DNA of 34,172 bases, from the IMG/VR virus record IMGVR_UViG_3300005573_000206, positions 1 to 34,172 of that record, one strand, 5' to 3'. The notes below the pieces were generated by a model. The model worked only from the letters and a program-made list of their open reading frames with translations. It had not been told where the DNA came from and did no database searches. The DNA comes from a virus (Duplodnaviria > Caudoviricetes). Below, one piece after another: positions 9,111 to 18,979 of the stretch (the stretch's first letter is position 1; each line of letters opens with the position of its first letter). Position numbers and translations under genes: made by a program.

Positions 9111-9335
9111 ATGCAGCTAGTGGCTTCCCTTGGGGCCAGAAAGCTGGCCAGAACGTTGCTTAGCCGGAGGCTGAAGAGGCATATCCGGCTGTTCACCAAT
9201 GCAGGTACACCTACAGATAATACTGACTTGGCATCTGCCGATGGCGACTTGGTCATAGATACCACGAATAATCGTGTCTATGTGGCTGCCAATGTCACTT
9301 CTACGACTACTACGTGGAGGCGTCTGGATGCTTAG
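9111..9335 (+). CDS. Small virion-associated protein (fibre N-terminal-like module)
   Basis: GGAGGT RBS, ATG 9111; GTP...GDLVIDTT..RVYV...W motif. Confidence 0.55.
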   Translation: MQLVASLGARKLARTLLSRRLKRHIRLFTNAGTPTDNTDLASADGDLVIDTTNNRVYVAANVTSTTTTWRRLDA

Positions 9336-9909
9336 GTCGCAGATAATCAGCCTTGTTAATGCGGCCATAGGCCGGACTGACAGGACTGAGACAGGGTCTA
9401 TGCTGGACCTTGCCTTCGAGGAGCTTTTGCAACGGCAGCCTGAGGCCTCGAAGAGGATTCATTATGTCTCTGGCCTGAAAGGCAGCAGCACTCTGGAGGT
9501 TCCTGATTTCATCAGCCTCATCAGGGTTAGCTATTACAATGGGACATATACTGATATCAGGATAGCACCGCAGGTTCCCCAGTTGACCTACTCCGGATAT
9601 CCTGCTGAGTGCTCATATTGCAACAAGGTTCTGACTCTCGATAGACCTTTGGGTCAGGATACGTCTTTCAGGCTCGAAGGATACATGAGGCTGGAGTTTG
9701 AGGATGAGAATCCGATTCCGGGGACAGATGAGGTTCTCTTCTGTAAGACTACAGCTCGGATGTTCAGACTCCTGAACGTTCAGGATAGTGCTGCCCTGTG
9801 GGATAATATGGGTGAGGTGGCGCTAAGGCGCTTCCTGGTTGCAGACCGGATGTCAGTCATAAAGCCGAAGACGGAGGTGAAGCATGCCCGATGGGACGTC
9901 GTGGAATGA
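9328..9909 (+). CDS. Head-tail adaptor (tail tubular protein A-like)
   Basis: GGAGG RBS, ATG 9328; P.DF..L and SGYP motifs; about 190 aa; position in the operon. Confidence 0.62.
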   Translation: MLRSQIISLVNAAIGRTDRTETGSMLDLAFEELLQRQPEASKRIHYVSGLKGSSTLEVPDFISLIRVSYYNGTYTDIRIAPQVPQLTYSGYPAECSYCNKVLTLDRPLGQDTSFRLEGYMRLEFEDENPIPGTDEVLFCKTTARMFRLLNVQDSAALWDNMGEVALRRFLVADRMSVIKPKTEVKHARWDVVE

Positions 9910-10456
9910 GAGTGAGCCTGCGGATAACGCTCTCATTTCGTCTATTCCTTCCAGCATTCGGGATACCAAGGCTGCTGTAAATCTTCGGTTGTCCAAGGAG
10001 CATGCAGAGTTCGACAATGCCTCTGTTGGGGGTGAGCATGCCGAAGGCAGCGCAAAGGCGTATTATGATACCAGCGCTCCACAGTATAGGCCGGACGGAA
10101 ATACAGCATTGGATTCTAATGATGAGGGTCGTCTATGGGTAAAAACTGGTCTGAATCTCTGGGACGGAAGTGCTTGGCGGCCTGTCTTCAACGGTGGGAC
10201 GTTCGTCTATGGCTCTGCAACTGTTACTGATGATGACATAACCTTCACAGCAGACTATGATGAGCTTTCAGAATGGAATGGCAGTGCCCTGACTGTTCAG
10301 AAGACCGGAGTCTATCTATTTATGCTGCCAAGCACTGTGGATATCTACGTGAATACTGTCAAGGTGAATGGACCTGTCCGGAAGCTGACTGCTGGGGATA
10401 TAGTGACCCTTCATGGCACATGCGATGGCGGCCTTGCAATCATGAGGATAAGATGA
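9884..10456 (+). CDS. Tail fibre/needle-like virion protein with a short C1q-like C-terminus
   Basis: W.E..PAD...IRDTK N-terminus, GRLWV..WDGSAW and TVQKTGVYLF motifs. Confidence 0.5.
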   Translation: MPDGTSWNESEPADNALISSIPSSIRDTKAAVNLRLSKEHAEFDNASVGGEHAEGSAKAYYDTSAPQYRPDGNTALDSNDEGRLWVKTGLNLWDGSAWRPVFNGGTFVYGSATVTDDDITFTADYDELSEWNGSALTVQKTGVYLFMLPSTVDIYVNTVKVNGPVRKLTAGDIVTLHGTCDGGLAIMRIR

Positions 10457-11832
10457 GACAGTCAAGATACTACATGCCTCAGCAAAGCACCTTTCCGTTC
10501 TGTGGACTGAACGTTCGAGATACTCTGCCTGAACCGAAATTCTGTGTGGATTGTAATGGAGACTTCGAGCATTGGACCATCAAAAGTCCTCAGAAGCTGG
10601 AATCCCTATGTACCCTTGCAGGGGAGATTAAGGGAATATGTCCCTACGGTTCGCTGTACGTCGTGTTCACCTCGTCAAACATTTATAAGGTCACGGCTGA
10701 TGGTACAGCTACAGACATTACTCCTACAGGATGGAGCGCAACGGCTGTACAGTGGGCCGTAGGGACAGACCTTAATGGCGTCAGATGGGTTCTGGCCACC
10801 AATGGTGATACGAAGGTTGTCAGGTGGAATGGGACAGGTTCGTTTGAAGCTTGTCCAGCCATAATCTCTGGATTCACCGGTTGCCGTAGCGTCGCCTTCT
10901 TTCACGATAGGTTCATCTATGGGGGTATTAAGACCACTTCATGGGAAGAGAATGCGGTCATATGGTCCGAAGTGGGTGACCTGTTTGTGCAGGAAGACCT
11001 CTCCTATGTGAATGGCAACATAAAGCGAATGCTTCCTCTAGGGGATTCTCTCATCGTATATACCTCCGAAGGTGGCATAGAGATGCGTTATGTTGGAGGG
11101 GACATAATCTTTGGCTTCTTCCCCCAATTCTCAGCCTACGTCGTAGACGCAATTTCTGATGGCTCTGTCCATTTCGTAGTCCGTAAGGACGGAGTCCTGC
11201 TTAATGATGGAAATCGGGAGCTGAGGGACATAGGCTCGAATATTAACAGGCTTCTGTCTGAGATAGTGGACGATAGCCTGATTATGGGTTTCGATGCTGT
11301 CAGGCGGAAGGTCGTCTTTAGTAATTCCAAGGGGACTCTCGTCTATTACCGATGCCCTGACTGTCCCTATGGAAGCGTCTGGAGCAGGTGGGATAAGCCG
11401 ATTAATGCGCTAGCACAGGGAACGTTGACTTTGGCTGCTGTCTGCAATGGGCCAAAATATGGGAGGCTTTCAGCTTCTTCTCAAGCGATAGCTTGTAATG
11501 CCGCAGGCACTGAGACCGTGGCGGCTTCGCTCATAGGGGATAGCAATATTCTGAAGTATCAGGCTGATTATAATAGCCTTGATGATGGCTTTGTCCTGAT
11601 GCCTGACATTATCACGCCTGAGTATACACGATGGCATGAACTGGAGTTTGAGGCCAGAGGCGAAGACCTGACGGTCTATGTGGGAGATTGGACTCAGTCC
11701 ATAAGTCTTTCGAGCGAGTATGAGATATACAGGCTTCCTGTTCAATACTGTAGCAATAAGACCAGTGTCAAATTCGAGGGCAAGTTCGAGGTCCGGTGGT
11801 ACAGGCTATGGTTCAATGAGGGTGGAAGATGA
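10453..11832 (+). CDS. Tail nozzle / DNA-stabilisation protein (tail tubular B or P22 gp10-like beta-propeller)
   Basis: ATGA-coupled start at 10453; F.GLN, ATNG...V.RWNG, FFHDRFIYG and VIWSEVGD propeller motifs. Confidence 0.72.
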   Translation: MRQSRYYMPQQSTFPFCGLNVRDTLPEPKFCVDCNGDFEHWTIKSPQKLESLCTLAGEIKGICPYGSLYVVFTSSNIYKVTADGTATDITPTGWSATAVQWAVGTDLNGVRWVLATNGDTKVVRWNGTGSFEACPAIISGFTGCRSVAFFHDRFIYGGIKTTSWEENAVIWSEVGDLFVQEDLSYVNGNIKRMLPLGDSLIVYTSEGGIEMRYVGGDIIFGFFPQFSAYVVDAISDGSVHFVVRKDGVLLNDGNRELRDIGSNINRLLSEIVDDSLIMGFDAVRRKVVFSNSKGTLVYYRCPDCPYGSVWSRWDKPINALAQGTLTLAAVCNGPKYGRLSASSQAIACNAAGTETVAASLIGDSNILKYQADYNSLDDGFVLMPDIITPEYTRWHELEFEARGEDLTVYVGDWTQSISLSSEYEIYRLPVQYCSNKTSVKFEGKFEVRWYRLWFNEGGR

Positions 11833-12446
11833 GTCTGCTTCAGCGTAAGCTTAGTGGCATACCTCTGCCAAGGCCGGTCTCGGACCCCTGTGTTTCTGAC
11901 TTTACGAAGCAGGTCATAAGCAGCTTCCAGAGCATAGCTAATGTCTTCGAATTCAATACTTTGTCTGAGCAGGTGATTAATGTTGTTGACGGCAGTCAGA
12001 ATGTCCAGCTTGCCATAGGCGGGAATCAGGTTATAGTTCAGAACATAGTTAAGAAGATAATAGATGACCAAGGTATCTTCGATGTTTTGATGAATGTCAT
12101 TCTTGAAATCTGTGATGAACGATATGCTCCGATTGAGCATGGTGATGAGTGTCATGTTGAAGATTACTCAAAGATTCCTCATGGCGATGCCGACCATTCG
12201 GAAACATATTCAAAGAAGACTCATGGCGATGACGATCATTCTGTGCTCTATGCGAGGGCAGACCATAACCATAATGGGATTTATGCACCCTATACTCATT
12301 GGCATGAGATTGTATCTATAGATAGCGATTGGCCTGCTGTTGCTGATAGTGCCCATATCTACGTAAATACAAGTAAATCCAAGGCTATGGTCGTCAAAGG
12401 TAATACGACCGTAACGTGGAGTGTTGATATCTTATATGGGGAGTGA
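11829..12446 (+). CDS. Tail-associated protein with His-rich repeats
   Basis: Three YxxxxHGDxxH units followed by two HxH units; located in the tail gene block. Confidence 0.55.
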   Translation: MSLLQRKLSGIPLPRPVSDPCVSDFTKQVISSFQSIANVFEFNTLSEQVINVVDGSQNVQLAIGGNQVIVQNIVKKIIDDQGIFDVLMNVILEICDERYAPIEHGDECHVEDYSKIPHGDADHSETYSKKTHGDDDHSVLYARADHNHNGIYAPYTHWHEIVSIDSDWPAVADSAHIYVNTSKSKAMVVKGNTTVTWSVDILYGE

Positions 12447-12449
12447 GCC

Positions 12450-13109
12450 ATGAAGATAATTCGGGCAAGAAGTCCGAAGGCAATCGAGCTGATAAGTGAC
12501 AGGTTCGTAAATGCCGATGCCTCATTGGCGCAGTGGCTTAGGGAGATGATTCGGGATGAGAAGCTGTTTGTCCTCTGCTGCATCGAGGGGGATAAGATTC
12601 TCAGCTTCTGCGTGGCCTTTGCTCCCCAGAATCTGCCCTATGCCATACTATATCAGGCTTGGGGCAAGGAGCATCTCGATGAGATGTTCTTGCGGCTTCA
12701 GGTCTGGTGTGAGAACATGGGAAAGACAGCTATCAGGGCTGAGACAACGAGAAATCCCGATGCTTTATACCGCAGGTGGGGTTTCAAACACATTAGTTCT
12801 GTGGTAGAATATAGGTTGAGGGAAGATACGCTTAGCAGGCTGGTGGAAGGCAGGCGGGACCTGGTGGTAAGGAGAGATGACGATGGGGTCGGAGATGCAG
12901 ATAACTCCGCCAAGGTTGGTGATGGGGTCGTCCCTGACGCCGTCTCAGCAGAGGGTGGCGTCTTGGCTGGAGCAGGAGATAACGGGGCAGCAGGGACTGT
13001 CGAGTCAAAATCTGACTCAGCTATGGAACGACCTGCGGTTGAGGGGACAGACGGATCCGATTGCAGCGGCAACCCTGAACTCAATGGCGTTTCAGAGTCA
13101 ACTGAGTGA
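12450..13109 (+). CDS. GNAT-like acetyltransferase
   Basis: W...MGKTAIRAETTR..ALYRRWGF GNAT C-terminal motif; position before the ejection genes; acidic tail overlaps the next gene. Confidence 0.6.
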   Translation: MKIIRARSPKAIELISDRFVNADASLAQWLREMIRDEKLFVLCCIEGDKILSFCVAFAPQNLPYAILYQAWGKEHLDEMFLRLQVWCENMGKTAIRAETTRNPDALYRRWGFKHISSVVEYRLREDTLSRLVEGRRDLVVRRDDDGVGDADNSAKVGDGVVPDAVSAEGGVLAGAGDNGAAGTVESKSDSAMERPAVEGTDGSDCSGNPELNGVSESTE

Positions 13110-13536
13110 AGCCTATCAACGTGCTCATAATGCTCCTGCTTCTGCTATAGCTGCTGCTTCAGAATATTCTTCTTCCAAATCCGGCCTTAGCCCTGAAGAA
13201 ATCGCCAACCTGTATATGAGGGGTGTTGCCAGTCCCCTGCTTAGCCAATTCGAGCAGGAGATAAGGCCAAGGATAAGGGAGGCGTATTCGGCCCAAGGGG
13301 CCTTGATGAGCACCAAGAGGTCGGAGGCAGAGAGGCTTTCCTTGGAGAATCTCCAGAAGGAGCTGGAATCCGGCCTTGCCAGAACGCAGCTTGAGGCTTT
13401 GGATAAGCAGAAGCAGTATGAGCTGAGCCTTCAGGGCCTGTCTCAGCAGCTCCTGCTTGGCAGGATGAGCACGGGCCTTGGGTATACGGGGCAGTCTCAT
13501 CTGTATTCATACTTCGTTCCGGGGAGGATAACCTAA
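12877..13536 (+). CDS. Internal virion/ejection protein
   Basis: AAGGAG RBS; Gln/Ser/Ala-rich helical protein; TAATG coupling to the next gene. Confidence 0.6.
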   Translation: MTMGSEMQITPPRLVMGSSLTPSQQRVASWLEQEITGQQGLSSQNLTQLWNDLRLRGQTDPIAAATLNSMAFQSQLSEAYQRAHNAPASAIAAASEYSSSKSGLSPEEIANLYMRGVASPLLSQFEQEIRPRIREAYSAQGALMSTKRSEAERLSLENLQKELESGLARTQLEALDKQKQYELSLQGLSQQLLLGRMSTGLGYTGQSHLYSYFVPGRIT

Positions 13537-14555
13537 TGCCAGTTCAGCACTTGGGGACTGCACCGGACCCAATTGACCTGACGGCCATTCAGCTACAGAG
13601 GGCCTTGTTGAATGTGAATATTCAGAAGGCACAGGCTGAAGCTGCGGAGTCGGCTATCAGGTCTGACCTTCTTAATGCCCAGATAATGCAGCTTCAGAGG
13701 CTGTTGCCTCTTCAGGAAGAGGAGGCAGGCCTTGGCATTGAGGAGAGAAAGGCAAGGCTGAAGCAGAATGAGGAGATGGCTCCCTTTGAGAAAAAGCTGA
13801 CTGAGCTGAGGATACAAGATTTGGAGGAGCAGGTAGCTACTCGACCTAGAAAAGAGGAGAGGGAAGAACGGAAGCTGTGGATTGAGGAGGAAGAACTTAA
13901 ACAAAGAGGACAGCAACTTGCTGCTGTCAATTCCGCAGCAATGCGACAGTATGAGTTGGAAAAAGAAAAGGCTGAATTTGCACGGCAACAACTTGAGGAA
14001 GCAAGGCGACAGGAGGACCTGAAGGCAGCATGGCAGGCTTCTTCAGTTCTACTGGGAAACCCTGAATTGTTACCTCTCGCAAGAGGACTATTGCAAGACA
14101 ACCCTTATGCTTCCATAGTCGAACATGTATTCAGCAATCCAGAGTATGTTAAGCGTCTTAGGGATGGGATGCTGACTAATCCGCGAGATGTGATATTGAG
14201 TGTTCTAACTGACGCTATGAAGGAGGCACAAGAAAGTGGAGACTTGGATAAGTTTGAAAAAGCTACGGAATTGTATTTGCGGTTGGAGAATCAAACCGGT
14301 TCATATGTTGATCCCAAGACTGGAGTAGAGTTTAATCCAACTTACGGGGCCGTTAGGGATTTGACAAAAGAACTGATTGAACCAAAAAAGTCTAAGAGAA
14401 AAGGTGGGGGAGGTTCCAGAGAACCAGATCTGTCCAATGAGGGAGACATTGGCCAAAGAGTGAGGGATATAGCTGAGAAGCTTAAGACGGAATCTTCACC
14501 GGATAAAAGAAAGATACTATTGGAACAGTTGATGAAGCTGAAAGGGGGTCAGTAA
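13536..14555 (+). CDS. Internal virion/ejection protein (coiled coil)
   Basis: E/Q/K/R-rich coiled coil, between the other ejection genes. Confidence 0.6.
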   Translation: MPVQHLGTAPDPIDLTAIQLQRALLNVNIQKAQAEAAESAIRSDLLNAQIMQLQRLLPLQEEEAGLGIEERKARLKQNEEMAPFEKKLTELRIQDLEEQVATRPRKEEREERKLWIEEEELKQRGQQLAAVNSAAMRQYELEKEKAEFARQQLEEARRQEDLKAAWQASSVLLGNPELLPLARGLLQDNPYASIVEHVFSNPEYVKRLRDGMLTNPRDVILSVLTDAMKEAQESGDLDKFEKATELYLRLENQTGSYVDPKTGVEFNPTYGAVRDLTKELIEPKKSKRKGGGGSREPDLSNEGDIGQRVRDIAEKLKTESSPDKRKILLEQLMKLKGGQ

Positions 14556-17500
14556 TGGCATACGGAGTAGAGGTGCCAACCATAGACCCTGCTGTCCGAG
14601 CAGAGATAGACAGCCTTCTTGAGCAGTACGGCGCCAGCAATTTTGACTTCTTCAAATATAGCGTAGCTCGGCCGGTCATAGGGGCAATAGCCACTGCTTC
14701 CCGTTATATTGGGGACAAGCAATTCGCTGATGAGATAACGACAGTTCCTCCAGAGTATATATCTCGGCTTGAGAAAGCTCAAAGTGTGGGGAACCAAGAA
14801 TACTGGGTAAATCTGACTGGTGAGATGGCCGGAACTCTGGCAATAATTTATCTCTCTCGATATCTTGGTGGTGCGGCTGCTGCCCCATTGATTGGCACCA
14901 GAATAGGCCCTATGGCCACAGCTCTGGGAACGAGATTCCTGCCTATTGCCGGTCTGGCTGCCTCTGCTGCTGAATCAACGTATCATGCCATAAAAGAATG
15001 GGGTCGCATGAATGGCGAGGAGGTTGATGATGATGTAGCTAACCAGTATGCACGGCTGAATGGCCTGTTATCTGGCGGCCTTGCCTATGTAGCCGGTTCC
15101 AAGATACTTGCCGGACTTGCACCTTCGGTGAAGGAGAAACTGGTTGCCAAGGTAGCAAGCTCATTCCTTCACGGTGCAGGAGAACAGGCTGGTCTTGCGG
15201 CTGCTCAGCAGCTTTTCGCCAACGGTGCTGTAAATCAGGCCATTAGGGCGCATAATGCTGTTAACCCAGACCATCAGATTCCCGTGCCTTCACTCTTTGA
15301 TGGGGAAAGCCTTGTTCAGGCAGCATTCACTGGTGGCCTCATAGGCGGTCTGATGAAGGTGCCATTCAGCTTCAACTGGTTCAGAAATGCAGATTTGAAG
15401 CCGAATCAGGTCATAAACACGCCAGCTCGGCAGAAATTCCTTAGCAGTCCTGCCATGAGGAATTTCCGGAGTGCTTATGGCGAAATAGCTACTGAGAAGA
15501 TAGATGCGATGGTTGAGAAATATGAGCAGGAATTCCAATTGCCAAAGGGCAAAGGATACGATGTGCTCAACGTCCACTTCTCACCTGAAATTGAAAGATT
15601 CACCAACCTGCCATTTCGGAAGCTTATCCTCGATGACACTTCTTTCGTGGATAATCTGAACACCTACAGTGACCTTAAGGCTGAGCTTCTCCGACGGGGT
15701 ATTCCTGAGAATGTCTTTGAGGATGCTGGCCTTGGTGATGCCATTCTGGCTGCTGGAAAAACCAGAAAGGCAGTAAAGCAGCTTCTTACCAGTGGGGTTG
15801 CTTCGGTTGAAGCTGATAATGGCCTGACGAAGTATGTCATTATGCCATATGCTGGAAAGCCTACCGCTGTCCTTGGCTATGTGAATAATGACAGGCTGAC
15901 TCTTCTGAATATTCCCAAGGGCTTCATCAATAGCGGGGCATTCGACCGTCTGGCTATCTCTGTGAAGGGCACTGTGGATGAGATAGCTCTTGCCAGTATG
16001 AGGGATAAGCCTGGTCCTATGGTAGAGTCAGTCCAGTCCGTGATTAACGTGAACGATTACCTGAACAAAGCAGAACGTATGACTATGCTCTTCGGAGCAG
16101 GCACTGTGGCTGGTAAGAAGGCAACCCCGTTGGTATCCCTGATACCTGAGGAACTCATTAAGAAATTCGGCCGAACCCGACAGGAGATGACCCTTGCTGC
16201 CAGTAAGTTCCTTGAACAGGGCAGCACTGGGGAGGAAGCTCTTGATAATGCCTTCTCTGACCTCTTTGGCCTGAAGGTTCAGTCTGGACCTTCGGTTGTT
16301 GGCAATTTTATAGATAAGTTCCTTATGCCTCTGGGCATGTACATTGACAAGTCTATGGCATTTGGCCGCTCAATTACCGGACAGAAATTCGCAGCAGCCT
16401 TGGATAAATATGACTTCAAGGTCCGAACCTTCATGGGAAAATACATGCCGACGGTGGAGTACCTCCAGAAGTATATGCTGGACGAGGATGTGAAGTTCCT
16501 ACAGGAATATGATGCTCAAGGCATCCCGAATATACAGAAGCTGATTGAGGGAGGCATGCCTCCTAAGACGCAGGGACAGAGGCTATTCCTCCAGCACTAC
16601 GAGCAGCTTAGGAAGGCTCTTGGCCAAGAGGCAGAGGGCGTCCGTGTTCTAACAAAGTTCCCCAAGGGTCTGGCTCCATTCGAAACTCCTGAGAAGCCAC
16701 ACCTGTTCAGGTATTATACGAACGCGGCCAAGGAGTTCATCTTCGATTCCCCCAATAGCAAGTGGGCCAAGCTGTTGGAGCAGAAGATTCTAGACCTGAA
16801 TCCGGGCTTTAAGTCGGTAGACCTGGTCCGTAATATCCTTCAGCAAGAGGCCAAAATTCGGAAGAGTCAGGTTCTGGAGTTTAGTCGCAGAATACCAAAC
16901 ATGCCCTATTTCATTACTGACGATGAGGGGCATACGCTTCAGGTTCTGGAGACCGACCCATTCGTCATTATGTCAAGGGCCGTTCAGGAGCATGCAAGGC
17001 GCATCAGCTTCATCTCCATGTTTGGCCATTCGCAGGGAATTCCTGAACCAACGCGAAGGCAGATATTGGAATCATTGAAAGTGCTGAAGGTGGATCCATA
17101 TAAGGAGATGGAGAAGCTCGTATTTGCCTCTGAGCCTGCACTCTCATATTTAAATGTGCGACAGGATATAATTCGGAAGAACTTCAAGGACTGGTTTGGT
17201 GAACTGAACCTGAATGAGCTTCTTATCAGAGAAATCCAGAATGCCGACATTAGCACGCTTAAGAAAGTTGCTCTCAAGCTCAGGCATGTTCTCCCGTCTG
17301 ATGATCCTGTAGTTCTGAGGGAAAGAATCATCAGACGAATCTATGACAAGCCCTACGTGGATAAGCTGAACGAGTGGAGATTGAAGCTTCTTGACAAGGT
17401 CGGTCCTGCCAACCTTCGCATCATAGACAGAATTGTCGCTGAAGCTCAGGGCATACCACAGGTATCTTCGATAGAAGGGACTTTGCCGTATAAAATCTGG

Positions 17501-18979
17501 AGGCCGATATCCAACTTCTACAGCTGGTCCCTGACCAGTCTGTCTTCACTCTCGAACGTAGCTCAGAGCATGCATGCAATCCTATATACAGACCTCGGCA
17601 GCTATGCCAAAGGCTTCGGCCTGATGCTTCGGAACTATGGCCTCATGCGCGACCAAGCGATAGCTGATGGTGTCTTCGGACCAAAGTATACGCCGGCTAT
17701 TACGGGCAAGAACCTGTCCTTCGAGGAAGTCGCCAGATGGCTGCGGAAGGTGGGTGATAAGACGACCTTCCTGTCAGCCATAGCTGAGCTGGACAACGTG
17801 GCATCCTATGCTGCTGCCCGTGAATACTGGGACAAGCTGGTGAAATATGGGCCTAAGGATGAGGACCTCGTAAGGTTCAAGAAGCTCAGGTTGCCGCCTA
17901 ACTTTGAGAGTATGATAGGCACTGAGGAAGGCCGAAGGCTCTTCGTTCAGCGTGTTGTTGATGAAAGCCAATATTTGACCAAGGCATCCCATAGGCAAGG
18001 TGAAGTAGTCCACGGTCCCCTGATTAAGGAACTCATTCCTTTCATGCAGTATTCCATAGAAACCCTGAAGACCACCAATTTCCTCATTAATGAGATTATG
18101 GAAGCCAAGAATGCGGAGCGTGCGGTTACAGCAACCAAGTTGCTCATGAAGCATGCAACCATCCTTGGAATCGAAGGTCTTATAACACAGGCCCTGTGGG
18201 ACATAGTCTCAGGACGTACAAAGCCTGATACTGATAAGAAGAGCATCATAGAGAAAGCTCTCGATGCTGTAATGCAGGCTCAAATCTTCGGTCCTACGAC
18301 CAGAATCCTGATGTATGCCTCAGAAGGTGACAGCATTCAGGACTATCTCATCAACCTCATGCCGAAGGTCAGAGCGATAGCTGAGGGTATATCCGTAGGC
18401 TTGAATGCCCTAGGCGCAAGGTTCGGAAAATACGCTGAGCTTCCCATTGCCGACCAGATTCTGAATTATGGCAAGTCTGTTATGCCCCTGTTCAGAGTTG
18501 GGCATAATAGAGTCATGGATGTTATATATCCGGAAAGAAAAAAGCATATTCGTGTACGACAGGCGGTCTTCGATTTCATGGACAAGCAGGGTATAAAGCC
18601 GGAGGCAGGCGGGGATGCTCCGATTAATCCTGCTTATTATGCCATCGCAAAGGCCATAGAGGCAGGTCAGCTTGATAAGGCTCAAGAAGAGGCTGCTCGT
18701 TATTATGCCAATGGCGGTTCTCCTGAGAGAGTCTATGCCAGTCTCTATGCCAGAAGGCCCCTCAATATGCCGGAGAAGTGGCTGCCAGTATTCCTTACTC
18801 AAAGTGAGGTGGCTGGCGAAGCCATTGAGCTCAACAAGCAGTGGCTGGAAGCAGCAAGGATGCTGGCTGGAAAGGAAGAGAAATGGATAAAACTGCCTAC
18901 GTACCATTCGAAGGCCTTCGAAAAAGGTTCATCTGGGAAGGCTTCGAGATTACTCCCTCAAGGGATGCCTGGATTGTAA
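14555..18979 (+). CDS. Large internal virion (DNA ejection) protein
   Basis: 1474 aa, Ala/Gly-rich hydrophobic N-terminal segments, mostly helical; last large gene of the late operon, as in podoviruses. Confidence 0.7.
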   Translation: MAYGVEVPTIDPAVRAEIDSLLEQYGASNFDFFKYSVARPVIGAIATASRYIGDKQFADEITTVPPEYISRLEKAQSVGNQEYWVNLTGEMAGTLAIIYLSRYLGGAAAAPLIGTRIGPMATALGTRFLPIAGLAASAAESTYHAIKEWGRMNGEEVDDDVANQYARLNGLLSGGLAYVAGSKILAGLAPSVKEKLVAKVASSFLHGAGEQAGLAAAQQLFANGAVNQAIRAHNAVNPDHQIPVPSLFDGESLVQAAFTGGLIGGLMKVPFSFNWFRNADLKPNQVINTPARQKFLSSPAMRNFRSAYGEIATEKIDAMVEKYEQEFQLPKGKGYDVLNVHFSPEIERFTNLPFRKLILDDTSFVDNLNTYSDLKAELLRRGIPENVFEDAGLGDAILAAGKTRKAVKQLLTSGVASVEADNGLTKYVIMPYAGKPTAVLGYVNNDRLTLLNIPKGFINSGAFDRLAISVKGTVDEIALASMRDKPGPMVESVQSVINVNDYLNKAERMTMLFGAGTVAGKKATPLVSLIPEELIKKFGRTRQEMTLAASKFLEQGSTGEEALDNAFSDLFGLKVQSGPSVVGNFIDKFLMPLGMYIDKSMAFGRSITGQKFAAALDKYDFKVRTFMGKYMPTVEYLQKYMLDEDVKFLQEYDAQGIPNIQKLIEGGMPPKTQGQRLFLQHYEQLRKALGQEAEGVRVLTKFPKGLAPFETPEKPHLFRYYTNAAKEFIFDSPNSKWAKLLEQKILDLNPGFKSVDLVRNILQQEAKIRKSQVLEFSRRIPNMPYFITDDEGHTLQVLETDPFVIMSRAVQEHARRISFISMFGHSQGIPEPTRRQILESLKVLKVDPYKEMEKLVFASEPALSYLNVRQDIIRKNFKDWFGELNLNELLIREIQNADISTLKKVALKLRHVLPSDDPVVLRERIIRRIYDKPYVDKLNEWRLKLLDKVGPANLRIIDRIVAEAQGIPQVSSIEGTLPYKIWRPISNFYSWSLTSLSSLSNVAQSMHAILYTDLGSYAKGFGLMLRNYGLMRDQAIADGVFGPKYTPAITGKNLSFEEVARWLRKVGDKTTFLSAIAELDNVASYAAAREYWDKLVKYGPKDEDLVRFKKLRLPPNFESMIGTEEGRRLFVQRVVDESQYLTKASHRQGEVVHGPLIKELIPFMQYSIETLKTTNFLINEIMEAKNAERAVTATKLLMKHATILGIEGLITQALWDIVSGRTKPDTDKKSIIEKALDAVMQAQIFGPTTRILMYASEGDSIQDYLINLMPKVRAIAEGISVGLNALGARFGKYAELPIADQILNYGKSVMPLFRVGHNRVMDVIYPERKKHIRVRQAVFDFMDKQGIKPEAGGDAPINPAYYAIAKAIEAGQLDKAQEEAARYYANGGSPERVYASLYARRPLNMPEKWLPVFLTQSEVAGEAIELNKQWLEAARMLAGKEEKWIKLPTYHSKAFEKGSSGKASRLLPQGMPGL

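Noticed and set aside
10273-10452. Cys/Trp-rich N-terminal extension of the nozzle ORF
   Set aside because: An alternative-frame run over the upstream gene; the ATGA-coupled ATG at 10453 is the more plausible start.
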